From Vitreimonas sp. (GTDB lineage: Bacteria; Patescibacteriota; Microgenomatia; UBA1400; PJMF01): 64,000 nucleotides of DNA. Under the pieces are notes generated by a model that made no database searches, was not told where the DNA came from, and saw nothing but the letters and a program-made list of their open reading frames with translations. Position 1 is the first letter of the stretch. Every line of letters starts with the position of its first letter. Both the position numbers and the translations under genes were made by a program. Of this stretch, positions 19,594 through 28,263 are shown one piece after another. The stretch is from assembly GCA_035627515.1 (NCBI GenBank), contig DASPLQ010000012.1, positions 1,098,331-1,162,330 on the forward strand. The letters run 5' to 3'.

Positions 19594-19829
19594 TAGAAGA
19601 AGTAAAAAAATTCTATCGTGAGTTACGATGCAAAAATTGCCGGCGCCTACTGGCACAAGAATACCTTCTTGATGGTCGCATCGAAATTAAATGTGGAGCG
19701 TGCAACAGTATTAACTCTTTTGACTTCAAGCATTTGAAGCAATTAAAGAAAAAAAATACTGTGATCGTGCTGGAGAAGAACCCGGGTCTTCCCCAGAATA
19801 CAACTAGTCGGGAGAAAGGAAAAAAATAA
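19590..19829 (+). CDS. zinc-ribbon protein (Com-like CxxC...CxxC)
   Basis: 79 aa, CKNCRRLL...CGACNS four-Cys ribbon followed by a basic tail. Confidence 0.45.
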   Translation: MIEEVKKFYRELRCKNCRRLLAQEYLLDGRIEIKCGACNSINSFDFKHLKQLKKKNTVIVLEKNPGLPQNTTSREKGKK

Positions 19830-19830
19830 T

Positions 19831-20340
19831 ATGGCAGACATTTCTAACGTTAAAGTGGGAGTCTGTAGTGTCACCTTCGGTGGAACTGACTTAGGTCATA
19901 CCAAAGGGGGAGTTGAGGTTACTTACGAACCCGTACACAAAGACGTCATGGTTGATAAATTTGGTGAAACGATTGTTGAGAAATATCTCATTGGTGAGAA
20001 ACTCACTGCTAAAGTTCCTTTGGCTGAGTACACAATCGCTAACCTACGAAGATCCATGCCCCAAGCTACCTTTGCTGGAGCCGCTAACGCCCGGATTACT
20101 CTTGGTGCTAGTGCAGGTCAACGAGCTTCTACTGATGCCCTACAATTGGTGTTACACCCAATTAATGAAGGTACTAGAGCTTTCGACATCGTGTTCCACA
20201 AGGCATATGTCGCTTCTGAGATTGTTCTTAATCATAAAATTGATGAAGAAAAAGTCATCGAAGTGGTATTTGAAGCATTGCTCGACGAATCTAAGTCCGA
20301 TGGTAACTACCTAGGTCTTATTGGTGACTCGACTGCGTAA
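19831..20340 (+). CDS. major tail (tube) protein (putative)
   Basis: 169 aa directly upstream of the chaperone pair and tape measure; size typical of siphovirus tube proteins; no sheath gene present. Confidence 0.5.
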   Translation: MADISNVKVGVCSVTFGGTDLGHTKGGVEVTYEPVHKDVMVDKFGETIVEKYLIGEKLTAKVPLAEYTIANLRRSMPQATFAGAANARITLGASAGQRASTDALQLVLHPINEGTRAFDIVFHKAYVASEIVLNHKIDEEKVIEVVFEALLDESKSDGNYLGLIGDSTA

Positions 20341-20358
20341 AGAAATGGCAATGAGGCC

Positions 20359-20763
20359 TTGAGCCCGCCATTATTAACATATATGAAAAAAATCAATTTA
20401 GAGACACTAGAAAAAGAAGTTGAAATTAAAAAATTACCTATTGGCAAGTATGTTGAAGTGCTAAAAGCTTTGAATAATTTACCAAAAGAAATTTCAGGGT
20501 TAGAAAACATAACTCCTGAAGGAATAATTCAAAGACTTCCTAGCATAATTGCAAACAGCTTTGATGAACTGTGTAAAATAGTTTCTATCGCTACAGATAT
20601 GACTGATGATGAAGTTAAATCTATTAGTCTAGATGAACTAACAGAAATTATTATCACGGTAATTGAAGTAAACAAATTTGCTTCCATCGCCGATCGAGTA
20701 AAAAAAGCGTTCAGCCTAGCACCTCAAAAAACATCGACTATGATGAGTGGATCTGCTGGGTGA
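20359..20763 (+). CDS. tail assembly chaperone (G-like)
   Basis: 134 aa, acidic, immediately upstream of the tape measure region; contains slippery A AAA AAA at 20700-20706. Confidence 0.5.
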   Translation: MSPPLLTYMKKINLETLEKEVEIKKLPIGKYVEVLKALNNLPKEISGLENITPEGIIQRLPSIIANSFDELCKIVSIATDMTDDEVKSISLDELTEIIITVIEVNKFASIADRVKKAFSLAPQKTSTMMSGSAG

Positions 20764-21050
20764 TCGATACTCTAGCTTCTGAATACGGGTGGACCAAAAA
20801 AAGCATCTTAGAAGATGTTTATCTTGACGAACTTCCCCTGTTATTCAAAGCTAGAGAGCGGAGAAAGAACGAGGAACATAAAACTCTCCTGGCGATAATT
20901 CAAAATCCACATGTTAAGAATCCTCAGGAATTATGGCAGTTGTTTAATGCATCAAATGATGATAAAAATGAGTCAAAAGAACTAGATAAGCAAGCTTTTG
21001 CTCTATTTAAGGCGACTATCTCAAAAAATAGCAGCATACTTGTAAAATAA
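20760..21050 (+). CDS. tail assembly chaperone frameshift extension (GT-like), -1 frame relative to 20359..20763
   Basis: Frame -1 is open from the slippery site onward; the ORF-track start (GTG 20760) is probably not used. Confidence 0.4.
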   Translation: MIDTLASEYGWTKKSILEDVYLDELPLLFKARERRKNEEHKTLLAIIQNPHVKNPQELWQLFNASNDDKNESKELDKQAFALFKATISKNSSILVK

Positions 21051-21057
21051 GGAATAA

Positions 21058-21537
21058 ATGCAAGTAAACAAAACAACGTTGTTGGTTATCGGAGTATCAG
21101 CTCTGATGCTCAGTGCTTGCACTCCTAAAACCACTTCTTCCTCAGCAACTGAAAGTACTATGCAAACATCACCTAGCCCAACGATTTCAACCCCAGAGCC
21201 CACTCCTACCCCTACCTCAGAGGCTGTCTTATACGAGGAACTTCTTCATAAAGATCATGAAACGTATGAAACCAGATACTTGGTTTATAAAGGATCAGAT
21301 ACATCTGAGGTTTTTATTGAGAAACTATTAAGAGATATTGAGAAAAACAATTGCAAGGTAGCCTGCAATCTCTATTTATATGACAACAGAGAAGCAGCAT
21401 TACTTGAGATAGACGTTCATAACGGTAAAAAAACATTCACTCAACAAGAAAAAGATTATGCAAATGCGCATAGTATCGCTAACATAATCTTTGAAAAGGA
21501 TAGTGTTGAGGGAACCTTCATATACTATAAAAAGTAA
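21058..21537 (+). CDS. lipoprotein (moron) with Pro/Thr-rich linker
   Basis: Signal peptide + lipobox LSAC (MQVNKTTLLVIGVSALMLSAC), PTPTPT linker, ~100-aa C-terminal domain; inserted between chaperones and tape measure. Confidence 0.6.
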   Translation: MQVNKTTLLVIGVSALMLSACTPKTTSSSATESTMQTSPSPTISTPEPTPTPTSEAVLYEELLHKDHETYETRYLVYKGSDTSEVFIEKLLRDIEKNNCKVACNLYLYDNREAALLEIDVHNGKKTFTQQEKDYANAHSIANIIFEKDSVEGTFIYYKK

Positions 21538-21613
21538 GTTTGTTTCCAGACTAACTGTAATTGTTTGCTAAAGTTTGCCAAATTGTCCTTTCTGATCTTA
21601 AAAGTCATACTTT

Positions 21614-23752
21614 ATGAGTATGAGTTTCGATTTAGGTTCCGTAGTTGCACGCGTAAGTGCTGACATCTCAAATTTTAAAGAGGGCATTACTGAAGCAAAA
21701 GGCCACCTTTCTTCTTTTGGTGACAAATTAGGAACAGTTACGTCAAGTATCAGTGATTTTAGTAATAAGGCTGCAGTATTCACAACGGTAGTAGGCGCTG
21801 GTTTTAGCTTGTTAGCAAAAGAGACAATAGCAACAGCTGCTAATTTTGAACAAACGGGAATTGCTTTCAGTACGATGGTAGGTGACGCCGAAAAGGCAAA
21901 GGATCTTTTAAAAGAGATTTCTAAATTTTCCCGGGAAACACCTTTTGAACTTGAACAAGTGCTAGAAGGATCAAAACGTCTTCTTGCATATAACGTGGCT
22001 GCTAAAGATGTTATTCCAACAATGGAGATGTTGGGAAATATTTCTTCAGGCGTTGGAAGAGACAAGTTGCCTCAGCTGATCTTAGCCTTTGGTCAGGTAA
22101 AAGCGGCTACAAAATTGACTGGGGCTGAGTTGAGACAGTTTTCTGAAGCTGGTGTCCCCCTTTTACAAGCACTTGTTGATGAAGCAAATAAGGGTGGGGG
22201 CATGTTAGTTAAGGTTGGAGATTCATCCAAGAAGGCGAAAGTAGATGTGGGCGAACTCAATGACAAATTGGGCATTGCTAAAAAGAGACTTGAAGAGGCT
22301 ACAAAAGCAGGTAAAGCCAAAGAATCTACAATGATGAGTTTGAAGAACACAGTTCAAAATTATGAGCAAAAAATAGGTAGCGCTACAGCGGCCACAGCGG
22401 CAGCCGGAACAGGCTTTAAAAGAGTTAAGGTCTCCGCTGCAGAGATGATTGCAGCAGTTAGTGATGGGCAAGTAAAGTTTGAGGATGTACAAAAAGCTCT
22501 CTCCGGAATGACTGCAAAGGGTGGCAAGTTCTTTGATCTTATGAAAAGGCAAAATTCAACATTGCCAGTTGCCCTATCAAATATTAAACAATCATTTCAA
22601 GAGTTATTTACTACAATACTTGGTGTAAGCGTTACCGGCGAAGTTGCGGATGGATCTATTTTTCAAAAATTAACTGTAGCTGCGTTAGATTTTATGAACT
22701 TCATAGAGTCAGCACGGCCTCAGATCACAGCCATGGTGCAAGGCGCCATTGCAGAAGCAGGGGCGTTCTTTGTAGGACTCTACAACACTCTTAAACCTAT
22801 TGGTGAATGGATTACTGCCAACCAACAAACAGTAATTACCTTTTTACAAGGTTTGGGAATTGCGCTGGGAGTTTTGTTGTCTGTTGGAACAATTACATTG
22901 TTACTTGCTGCTCTGCTAAACCCTTTGGTGTTAGTATCCTTAGGTATCGCTGCTTTATATACTGCATGGCAAACGAACTTTTTAGGTATTCAGACAATCA
23001 CTCAACAGGTAGCTGATTTTTTAAAGTTTGTGTTTGAAAACTTCATTCTACCTATCTTTAACTCCTTTATTGCCTGGCTTAATGAAGTATTTCTTCCCGC
23101 ATTTAACGTTGTCTTCAATGGGGTATTGGTTCCCTTATTTAACTCGTTTGTGGGATGGTTCAAGGATAGGTGGACCTTCATCACTTCGATGATTGATGGG
23201 GCTTGGAAAATTATTTCTGGAATCATCTTAATAGCGTGGAACACCATAAGCGGCTTCTTAACAGCAGGTCTACAGCTCTTGGCTGGAAACTGGAAAGGAG
23301 CTTTTGAAACATTGGTAAATATTACTGTTAACAACAGTGAGGCAATTAAGAGAATTTTTAGTGGCATCGTTGAGTTTGTGAAGGGGTGGGGTGGAACATT
23401 CTATAACGAACTAGTAAAACCATTTCAAGATGCCTGGAACAAAATTCAAGAATTAATCGATAAAATAAAAGATAAAGTTGACCTTACCAAGCGTCACTCA
23501 CCTTCCGTCCTCGATATTGTTAAAAACGGTGTCTCCAAAGTAAATAAAGCCTTAGGAGAGCTATCTGTATCTACTAACCTAGAGCCGAGAATAGCTGGAG
23601 CAGCTATCTCTAATAGCGCATCTACAAACATGACTCATGTCACAGTTAGTCTCGATGGGGCAATGATTGGAGATGAATTTAGCGCCATGAGAATGGCTGA
23701 GACTATTGGAAATGGAATTATTAAAAAACTTGGTCAAAACGTGAGGTATTAA
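21614..23752 (+). CDS. tail tape measure protein
   Basis: 712 aa, typical TMP N-terminus (MSFDLGSVVARVSADISNFKEG), coiled-coil middle, hydrophobic C-terminal region; follows the chaperone pair. Confidence 0.8.
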   Translation: MSMSFDLGSVVARVSADISNFKEGITEAKGHLSSFGDKLGTVTSSISDFSNKAAVFTTVVGAGFSLLAKETIATAANFEQTGIAFSTMVGDAEKAKDLLKEISKFSRETPFELEQVLEGSKRLLAYNVAAKDVIPTMEMLGNISSGVGRDKLPQLILAFGQVKAATKLTGAELRQFSEAGVPLLQALVDEANKGGGMLVKVGDSSKKAKVDVGELNDKLGIAKKRLEEATKAGKAKESTMMSLKNTVQNYEQKIGSATAATAAAGTGFKRVKVSAAEMIAAVSDGQVKFEDVQKALSGMTAKGGKFFDLMKRQNSTLPVALSNIKQSFQELFTTILGVSVTGEVADGSIFQKLTVAALDFMNFIESARPQITAMVQGAIAEAGAFFVGLYNTLKPIGEWITANQQTVITFLQGLGIALGVLLSVGTITLLLAALLNPLVLVSLGIAALYTAWQTNFLGIQTITQQVADFLKFVFENFILPIFNSFIAWLNEVFLPAFNVVFNGVLVPLFNSFVGWFKDRWTFITSMIDGAWKIISGIILIAWNTISGFLTAGLQLLAGNWKGAFETLVNITVNNSEAIKRIFSGIVEFVKGWGGTFYNELVKPFQDAWNKIQELIDKIKDKVDLTKRHSPSVLDIVKNGVSKVNKALGELSVSTNLEPRIAGAAISNSASTNMTHVTVSLDGAMIGDEFSAMRMAETIGNGIIKKLGQNVRY

Positions 23753-23754
23753 TA

Positions 23755-25185
23755 ATGGCATACAGTATAACCATCGCCGGATTAGATCGAACTGCAGATG
23801 TGACCAACATGTCTCCTTCGATTACCGATGATCTTAATGACCAAGCTAATTCGCTACAATTCACTTTGGTTGACTTAAGTGGTCAAGGATTGCCTGAACT
23901 AGAAGATGAGGTTGTTATTACTTTGGCCGATGATAGCAAGATTTTCGGAGGAACTATTATCTCCACTAACTTAAAAAAGAAAGAGATGGGAACGGTTGCA
24001 GCAACAGTTCAGTGCATTGATTACACTCGATTACTCGATTCAAATCTTGTGGCAACTTCTTATCAAAACAAAACTGATCAGTTTATTATTCGTGATATTG
24101 TTTCAAACTATTGTGCCGGCACTGGGATCACCACGGCAAACGTTGGCCTCGGGGTGACAATTGACCAGATCACCTTTAATTACTTACAGCCTTCACAGTG
24201 TTTTAGAAAAATTGCTGAATTAACAGGGAGAAATTGGTACATCGATTATGATAAAGACGTACACTACTTTGCTTCTACTGAAAATGCCGCTCCTTTTGAC
24301 ATAAATAGTTCTAACGCTGAATATTTTGATTTAAATATTAGCAAGGATGCAAGTCAAATTAAAAATCGTGTGTACGTTCGGGGAGGAACTTACTTAAGTG
24401 ATACTTTCACTTTCGAAGAAAAAGGTGATGGAAAAAAAAGATCATTTACCCTGCCTGATAAACCACATGACATCACTTTTGCAATTAATGGAGTAAGTAA
24501 GTCTGTTGGTATTAAAAACGTAAATCTAACTGGTTTTGATGCGTATTTGAACTTTCAGGAAAAATATGTTGAGTTAGACGCCTCAATTACAACACCCACA
24601 GACTCTGACACTCTGACATTTACCTATCAATACGATATTCCAATTTTAGTAGCTGTAGAAGATTTTGATTCCATTGAGACTTATGGTCAAAAAGAATTTG
24701 CTATTTTTGATAAAACAATCAGAACAACTCAAGCGGGGCGCGATAGAGCTCAGGCTGAACTAACAGATTATGCAAATAACGTTATTGAGGGAAATTTCAA
24801 AACTCATACAACAGGATTTGTCTCAGGTCAATTTTTAAACATCAATCTTCCTGAGTATGGGGTAAATGCAGACTACTTAGTCCAAAGGGTTTCTGCAACC
24901 TCAATGGGTGGTGGAATGTATGAATACTCTGTAGACATAGTTAGTGCCAAAACCGTTGGCATTATTAAATTCTTAATCGAGTTGTTAGAAGCAAATAAAA
25001 ACCTAGTCGAGCTTAATGATGATGAAGTCGTGGATGAATTATTTTCAGCCACTGATTCCCTCAACTCAGACTCATTAACCGATGCTTTAACTATCGACTC
25101 CCAGGGAGCTTACTTCACTTGGGCTACTGACTCTTTAGAAATAACACAAACAAGGTTGAGGTGGGATCTCGGTCAATGGGGATAA
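23755..25185 (+). CDS. distal tail / baseplate hub-like protein
   Basis: 476 aa immediately after the TMP (ATAATGG overlap). Confidence 0.45.
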   Translation: MAYSITIAGLDRTADVTNMSPSITDDLNDQANSLQFTLVDLSGQGLPELEDEVVITLADDSKIFGGTIISTNLKKKEMGTVAATVQCIDYTRLLDSNLVATSYQNKTDQFIIRDIVSNYCAGTGITTANVGLGVTIDQITFNYLQPSQCFRKIAELTGRNWYIDYDKDVHYFASTENAAPFDINSSNAEYFDLNISKDASQIKNRVYVRGGTYLSDTFTFEEKGDGKKRSFTLPDKPHDITFAINGVSKSVGIKNVNLTGFDAYLNFQEKYVELDASITTPTDSDTLTFTYQYDIPILVAVEDFDSIETYGQKEFAIFDKTIRTTQAGRDRAQAELTDYANNVIEGNFKTHTTGFVSGQFLNINLPEYGVNADYLVQRVSATSMGGGMYEYSVDIVSAKTVGIIKFLIELLEANKNLVELNDDEVVDELFSATDSLNSDSLTDALTIDSQGAYFTWATDSLEITQTRLRWDLGQWG

Positions 25186-25186
25186 T

Positions 25187-25666
25187 ATGAAAAACATTCA
25201 ATCTGAATCTCAACAATATATTCAAATCAAAGGTGAGCTAGAAATCATTTTGGAAAATGTGGTAACTGGCAAGAAACAAGTTTTTAAACAACATAATGTC
25301 ATTACTTCTTTAGCAAAAACTTCCATAGCCATGGCCCTAAGAGGTGATACGAGTAATAACCGGGGAACAATTACGTACTGTGCAGTAGGCACAAACACAG
25401 TTGCTCCCACAGCCGCAGACACCCAATTGGGAGCTGAGTTATTTAGAAAACAGGTCTCTGTGCGATCCAACTCTGCCAACGAGGCAGTTTTCCAAACTTT
25501 CTTCACCACATCTGAGGCGAATGGAACTTTGCGTGAAGCTGGTTTATTTGGATATGACGCTAGCGCTACTCCAAACTCAGGAACTTTATTTTCTAAGATA
25601 GCTATTAACAGAGTGAAAACCTCAAATGACACACTCACATTTAGGTGGACTATAACAATAGGATAA
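25187..25666 (+). CDS. tail tip/baseplate protein (putative)
   Basis: 159 aa; position. Confidence 0.3.
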   Translation: MKNIQSESQQYIQIKGELEIILENVVTGKKQVFKQHNVITSLAKTSIAMALRGDTSNNRGTITYCAVGTNTVAPTAADTQLGAELFRKQVSVRSNSANEAVFQTFFTTSEANGTLREAGLFGYDASATPNSGTLFSKIAINRVKTSNDTLTFRWTITIG

Positions 25667-25675
25667 GGAGTAATT

Positions 25676-26068
25676 ATGGTGCAATCAAGTGCTGTGGTAG
25701 CTGGAACTAACGCAACAGCAGACCAATACAACAAATTAAGAAATGATGCCCTCTTAGGGCTTAAAAGCGTGTCTGCTATTGCAACTGGCGCTGTTGACCT
25801 TTCCATAACAAACGATTGGGACATTACTCTTGATGATGCTTCTACTACCGTTGTATTTTCTAACGCAACAGTTGGTCAATGGTTTCAGGTGACAGCTATT
25901 CAAGATGCGACTGGAGGGCGGCTAATTACCTGGCCCGCAGGAATCAAATGGCCTGGAGGCGTTGCCCCAACTCTCTCTACGGCAGCTAACGCCATCGATA
26001 CGTTTATTTTCAAATGCACCGCTACCAATGTGTATCGGGGTTATTTTGGTGGATTTAACATGTCCTAA
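25676..26068 (+). CDS. tail tip protein (putative)
   Basis: 130 aa; position. Confidence 0.3.
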   Translation: MVQSSAVVAGTNATADQYNKLRNDALLGLKSVSAIATGAVDLSITNDWDITLDDASTTVVFSNATVGQWFQVTAIQDATGGRLITWPAGIKWPGGVAPTLSTAANAIDTFIFKCTATNVYRGYFGGFNMS

Positions 26069-26091
26069 TTATTATTAAAAAGAAAGACAAG

Positions 26092-26292
26092 ATGACTAAA
26101 TTCAAAACAGTTTTTAAATATTACTTAAATGCATTCGACAATAAGATTGGGGATGTGATTGAGAACAAAGTGCCAATTAGCCTTTTTGCTGATTCGGAAA
26201 AGGAAGCTTTAGATAGAGCCAAGAAGCACGTATCGCGGAAAAAGTATGAGGTGGTAGAAGTTCAAGAAATTGTTGATGATACAAAACGTTAA
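26092..26292 (+). CDS. hypothetical small protein
   Basis: 66 aa, charged. Confidence 0.25.
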   Translation: MTKFKTVFKYYLNAFDNKIGDVIENKVPISLFADSEKEALDRAKKHVSRKKYEVVEVQEIVDDTKR

Positions 26293-26295
26293 ATT

Positions 26296-27570
26296 ATGTT
26301 GACGCCTAATGTAACTATTCCATACGATAGCACCCACGCCTCAATACCAGGCGGTTTTTCTCGTGAGACCACACTTGATGGTAAATATCCCAAAGGTGCG
26401 CCAAATCTCACAAACCCTGGTGGCGCAGGTGGAGCATCAACACATACACATACTTCACCAAGCCACTCACACAGCTTTGCGTCACATACTCACAATATCA
26501 GCACCTCAAGCAACTTTCATCAGTTATTAATTCCAAACAATCAGTCTGATTCTGGCGGCAGTTCAATCGGACGAGGAACCCACTCTCATACGGGAACAAC
26601 ATCAGCTTTGACAAGCGAAACAGTTTCAAGTGAGGCTGTAACATATTCGAGTCAATCAAATGACCCCCCTTATTACGAAGTGATATTCATTAAATCGGTT
26701 GGTTATAACTCATTGCCCAATAATGCTATGTTACTCAACTCAGCAACTAGTAGAAATGGAATGAGTTTTCATACAGCTTCAGCAAATAGATTTCTCAAAG
26801 GAGCCGGCACGGGAGCTAATGCAGGTGGAACTGGAGGAAGTTTAACTAATTCTCATACAGTCAGTCACACGCACTCAACCTCGCACGGTCATACCGGAAC
26901 CACAGGCAACAATAGCGGTGGAACAATTGATCGTCAAAGTGGTTCTAACACTCCTCAGGGTTTATCCACTCATAGTCACGCCTTCTTATTGGATAATGCT
27001 TCAGTAACTTCTGATTCAAATAGTGCCATTACCTCACAATCGGAATCTGTTCAACCAGCTTTTAGAACTTTAAACGCGTTTAAGAACACCTCAGGATCAT
27101 CTATTGGTTTACTTCCAGGAGACATTGCCATGTGGCTTCAAAGCCTAGCTACCATACCAATAGGATGGGTTTTGTGTAATGGCAGCAATGGTACCCCTGA
27201 CATGAGAGATCAATTTTTAAAGATTCCAGCCTCAGCGTCTGCCACTACCACAGGAGGTAGCAATACACATACCCACGCAGCTCAAAGCCACACCCATACT
27301 GTTTCCTCCCATACTCATACAGGATCTGTTTCGCCGGCTGTGGAAACAACTTCTCGTAAAGCATCGGGTGATCAGGGAGATTGTTGGGGTGGTCCGAATG
27401 CTACAGAAATACCCAACCACACCTTATCAAGTATTTCCAGTACAGCAGGATCACTTCAGGCCGCTAACACTACAGCTAATTCATCTGATAACCAACCTGA
27501 ATACATTACTGTGGCGTTTATTCAATTTCAATATAGCCTGGGAGGTGCACCATTAGCATTCTTGATGTAA
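26296..27570 (+). CDS. tail fiber / receptor-binding protein with multiple His-x-His motifs
   Basis: 424 aa, Ser/Thr/Gly/His-rich; STHTHTSPSHSHSFASHTHN, GTHSHTGT, SHTVSHTHSTSHGHTGT, SNTHTHAAQSHTHTVSSHTHTG. Confidence 0.55.
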   Translation: MLTPNVTIPYDSTHASIPGGFSRETTLDGKYPKGAPNLTNPGGAGGASTHTHTSPSHSHSFASHTHNISTSSNFHQLLIPNNQSDSGGSSIGRGTHSHTGTTSALTSETVSSEAVTYSSQSNDPPYYEVIFIKSVGYNSLPNNAMLLNSATSRNGMSFHTASANRFLKGAGTGANAGGTGGSLTNSHTVSHTHSTSHGHTGTTGNNSGGTIDRQSGSNTPQGLSTHSHAFLLDNASVTSDSNSAITSQSESVQPAFRTLNAFKNTSGSSIGLLPGDIAMWLQSLATIPIGWVLCNGSNGTPDMRDQFLKIPASASATTTGGSNTHTHAAQSHTHTVSSHTHTGSVSPAVETTSRKASGDQGDCWGGPNATEIPNHTLSSISSTAGSLQAANTTANSSDNQPEYITVAFIQFQYSLGGAPLAFLM

Positions 27571-27576
27571 ATAATT

Positions 27577-27879
27577 ATGGAAATAGCCTGGAACGAAATA
27601 CTAATGACACTTTTGCCGCAACTTGGATTTGCGAGTGTGTTTATGTATCTCTATCACAAGGAAAAAGAAGAAAATAAAGAAAACATCAAGACTAGAGATA
27701 ATCGCATTCAGCAAATGACCGACAACTTAATGGAAGCCTACAGGAAAAATGGTGAGATTTGTGAGTCCCTTCAGAATGCTGTTGATAATAATACTAGAGC
27801 TATTGAACGCAACACAGCATCAGTCCAGAGCTTAAGTGAGAAGATACATACAACAATTACTTCTAGAAATGGGTCGTAG
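27577..27879 (+). CDS. membrane protein of lysis cassette (holin/antiholin or spanin-like)
   Basis: 100 aa; one N-terminal TM (LMTLLPQLGFASVFMYLY) then a charged coiled region. Confidence 0.35.
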   Translation: MEIAWNEILMTLLPQLGFASVFMYLYHKEKEENKENIKTRDNRIQQMTDNLMEAYRKNGEICESLQNAVDNNTRAIERNTASVQSLSEKIHTTITSRNGS

Positions 27880-27930
27880 GGTTGCTTAGAATGGTAGGTA
27901 GAAATATATCGAAGGAAAACAAAACAGATC

Positions 27931-28248
27931 ATGACAGATGATAGCATTCGAATACTAAACATCATTTTCGCTCTTGGGTCACTCCCTCCAACAGCAATTC
28001 TTTTGGTGTCACTCATTGCTGAGTATAAAAAAGCCCGCCTTTTATTAAAACCAACACTCACTGCACTCATCTTCTTGTTTGGAACATTTTTAGCTATTTC
28101 AATTGCTAATACGATAATCTCATTTTTTTTCTTAACTAATCAGGATCAATTAGCTACTCACTATTCATTACTACGTACGTTGTTTTTTGATGCAAGCTGG
28201 TTTACTGTATCATGGTCGTTCTTACTGATTCGCAGTAAATCAAAATAG
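27931..28248 (+). CDS. holin-like membrane protein
   Basis: 105 aa with ~3 predicted TM helices, directly upstream of the peptidase. Confidence 0.4.
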   Translation: MTDDSIRILNIIFALGSLPPTAILLVSLIAEYKKARLLLKPTLTALIFLFGTFLAISIANTIISFFFLTNQDQLATHYSLLRTLFFDASWFTVSWSFLLIRSKSK

Positions 28249-28263
28249 TGCTACTATTATTGT

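Noticed and set aside
19913-20314. 133-aa alternative-frame ORF inside the tail tube gene
   Set aside because: It is same-strand, out of frame and wholly nested in a well-supported structural gene, with a Leu/Ser-rich composition typical of off-frame translation.
21598-25824. Several 60-200-aa minus-strand ORFs inside the tape measure and tail genes (e.g. 21598..22065, 23002..23367, 25222..25824)
   Set aside because: They are antisense to a tightly packed, co-directional structural operon. Their Ser/Leu/Pro-rich composition is typical of spurious antisense frames.
15390-27570. Diversity-generating retroelement targeting a fiber gene
   Set aside because: No reverse-transcriptase ORF exists anywhere in the window, and no near-identical template/variable repeat pair with adenine-specific differences was seen.
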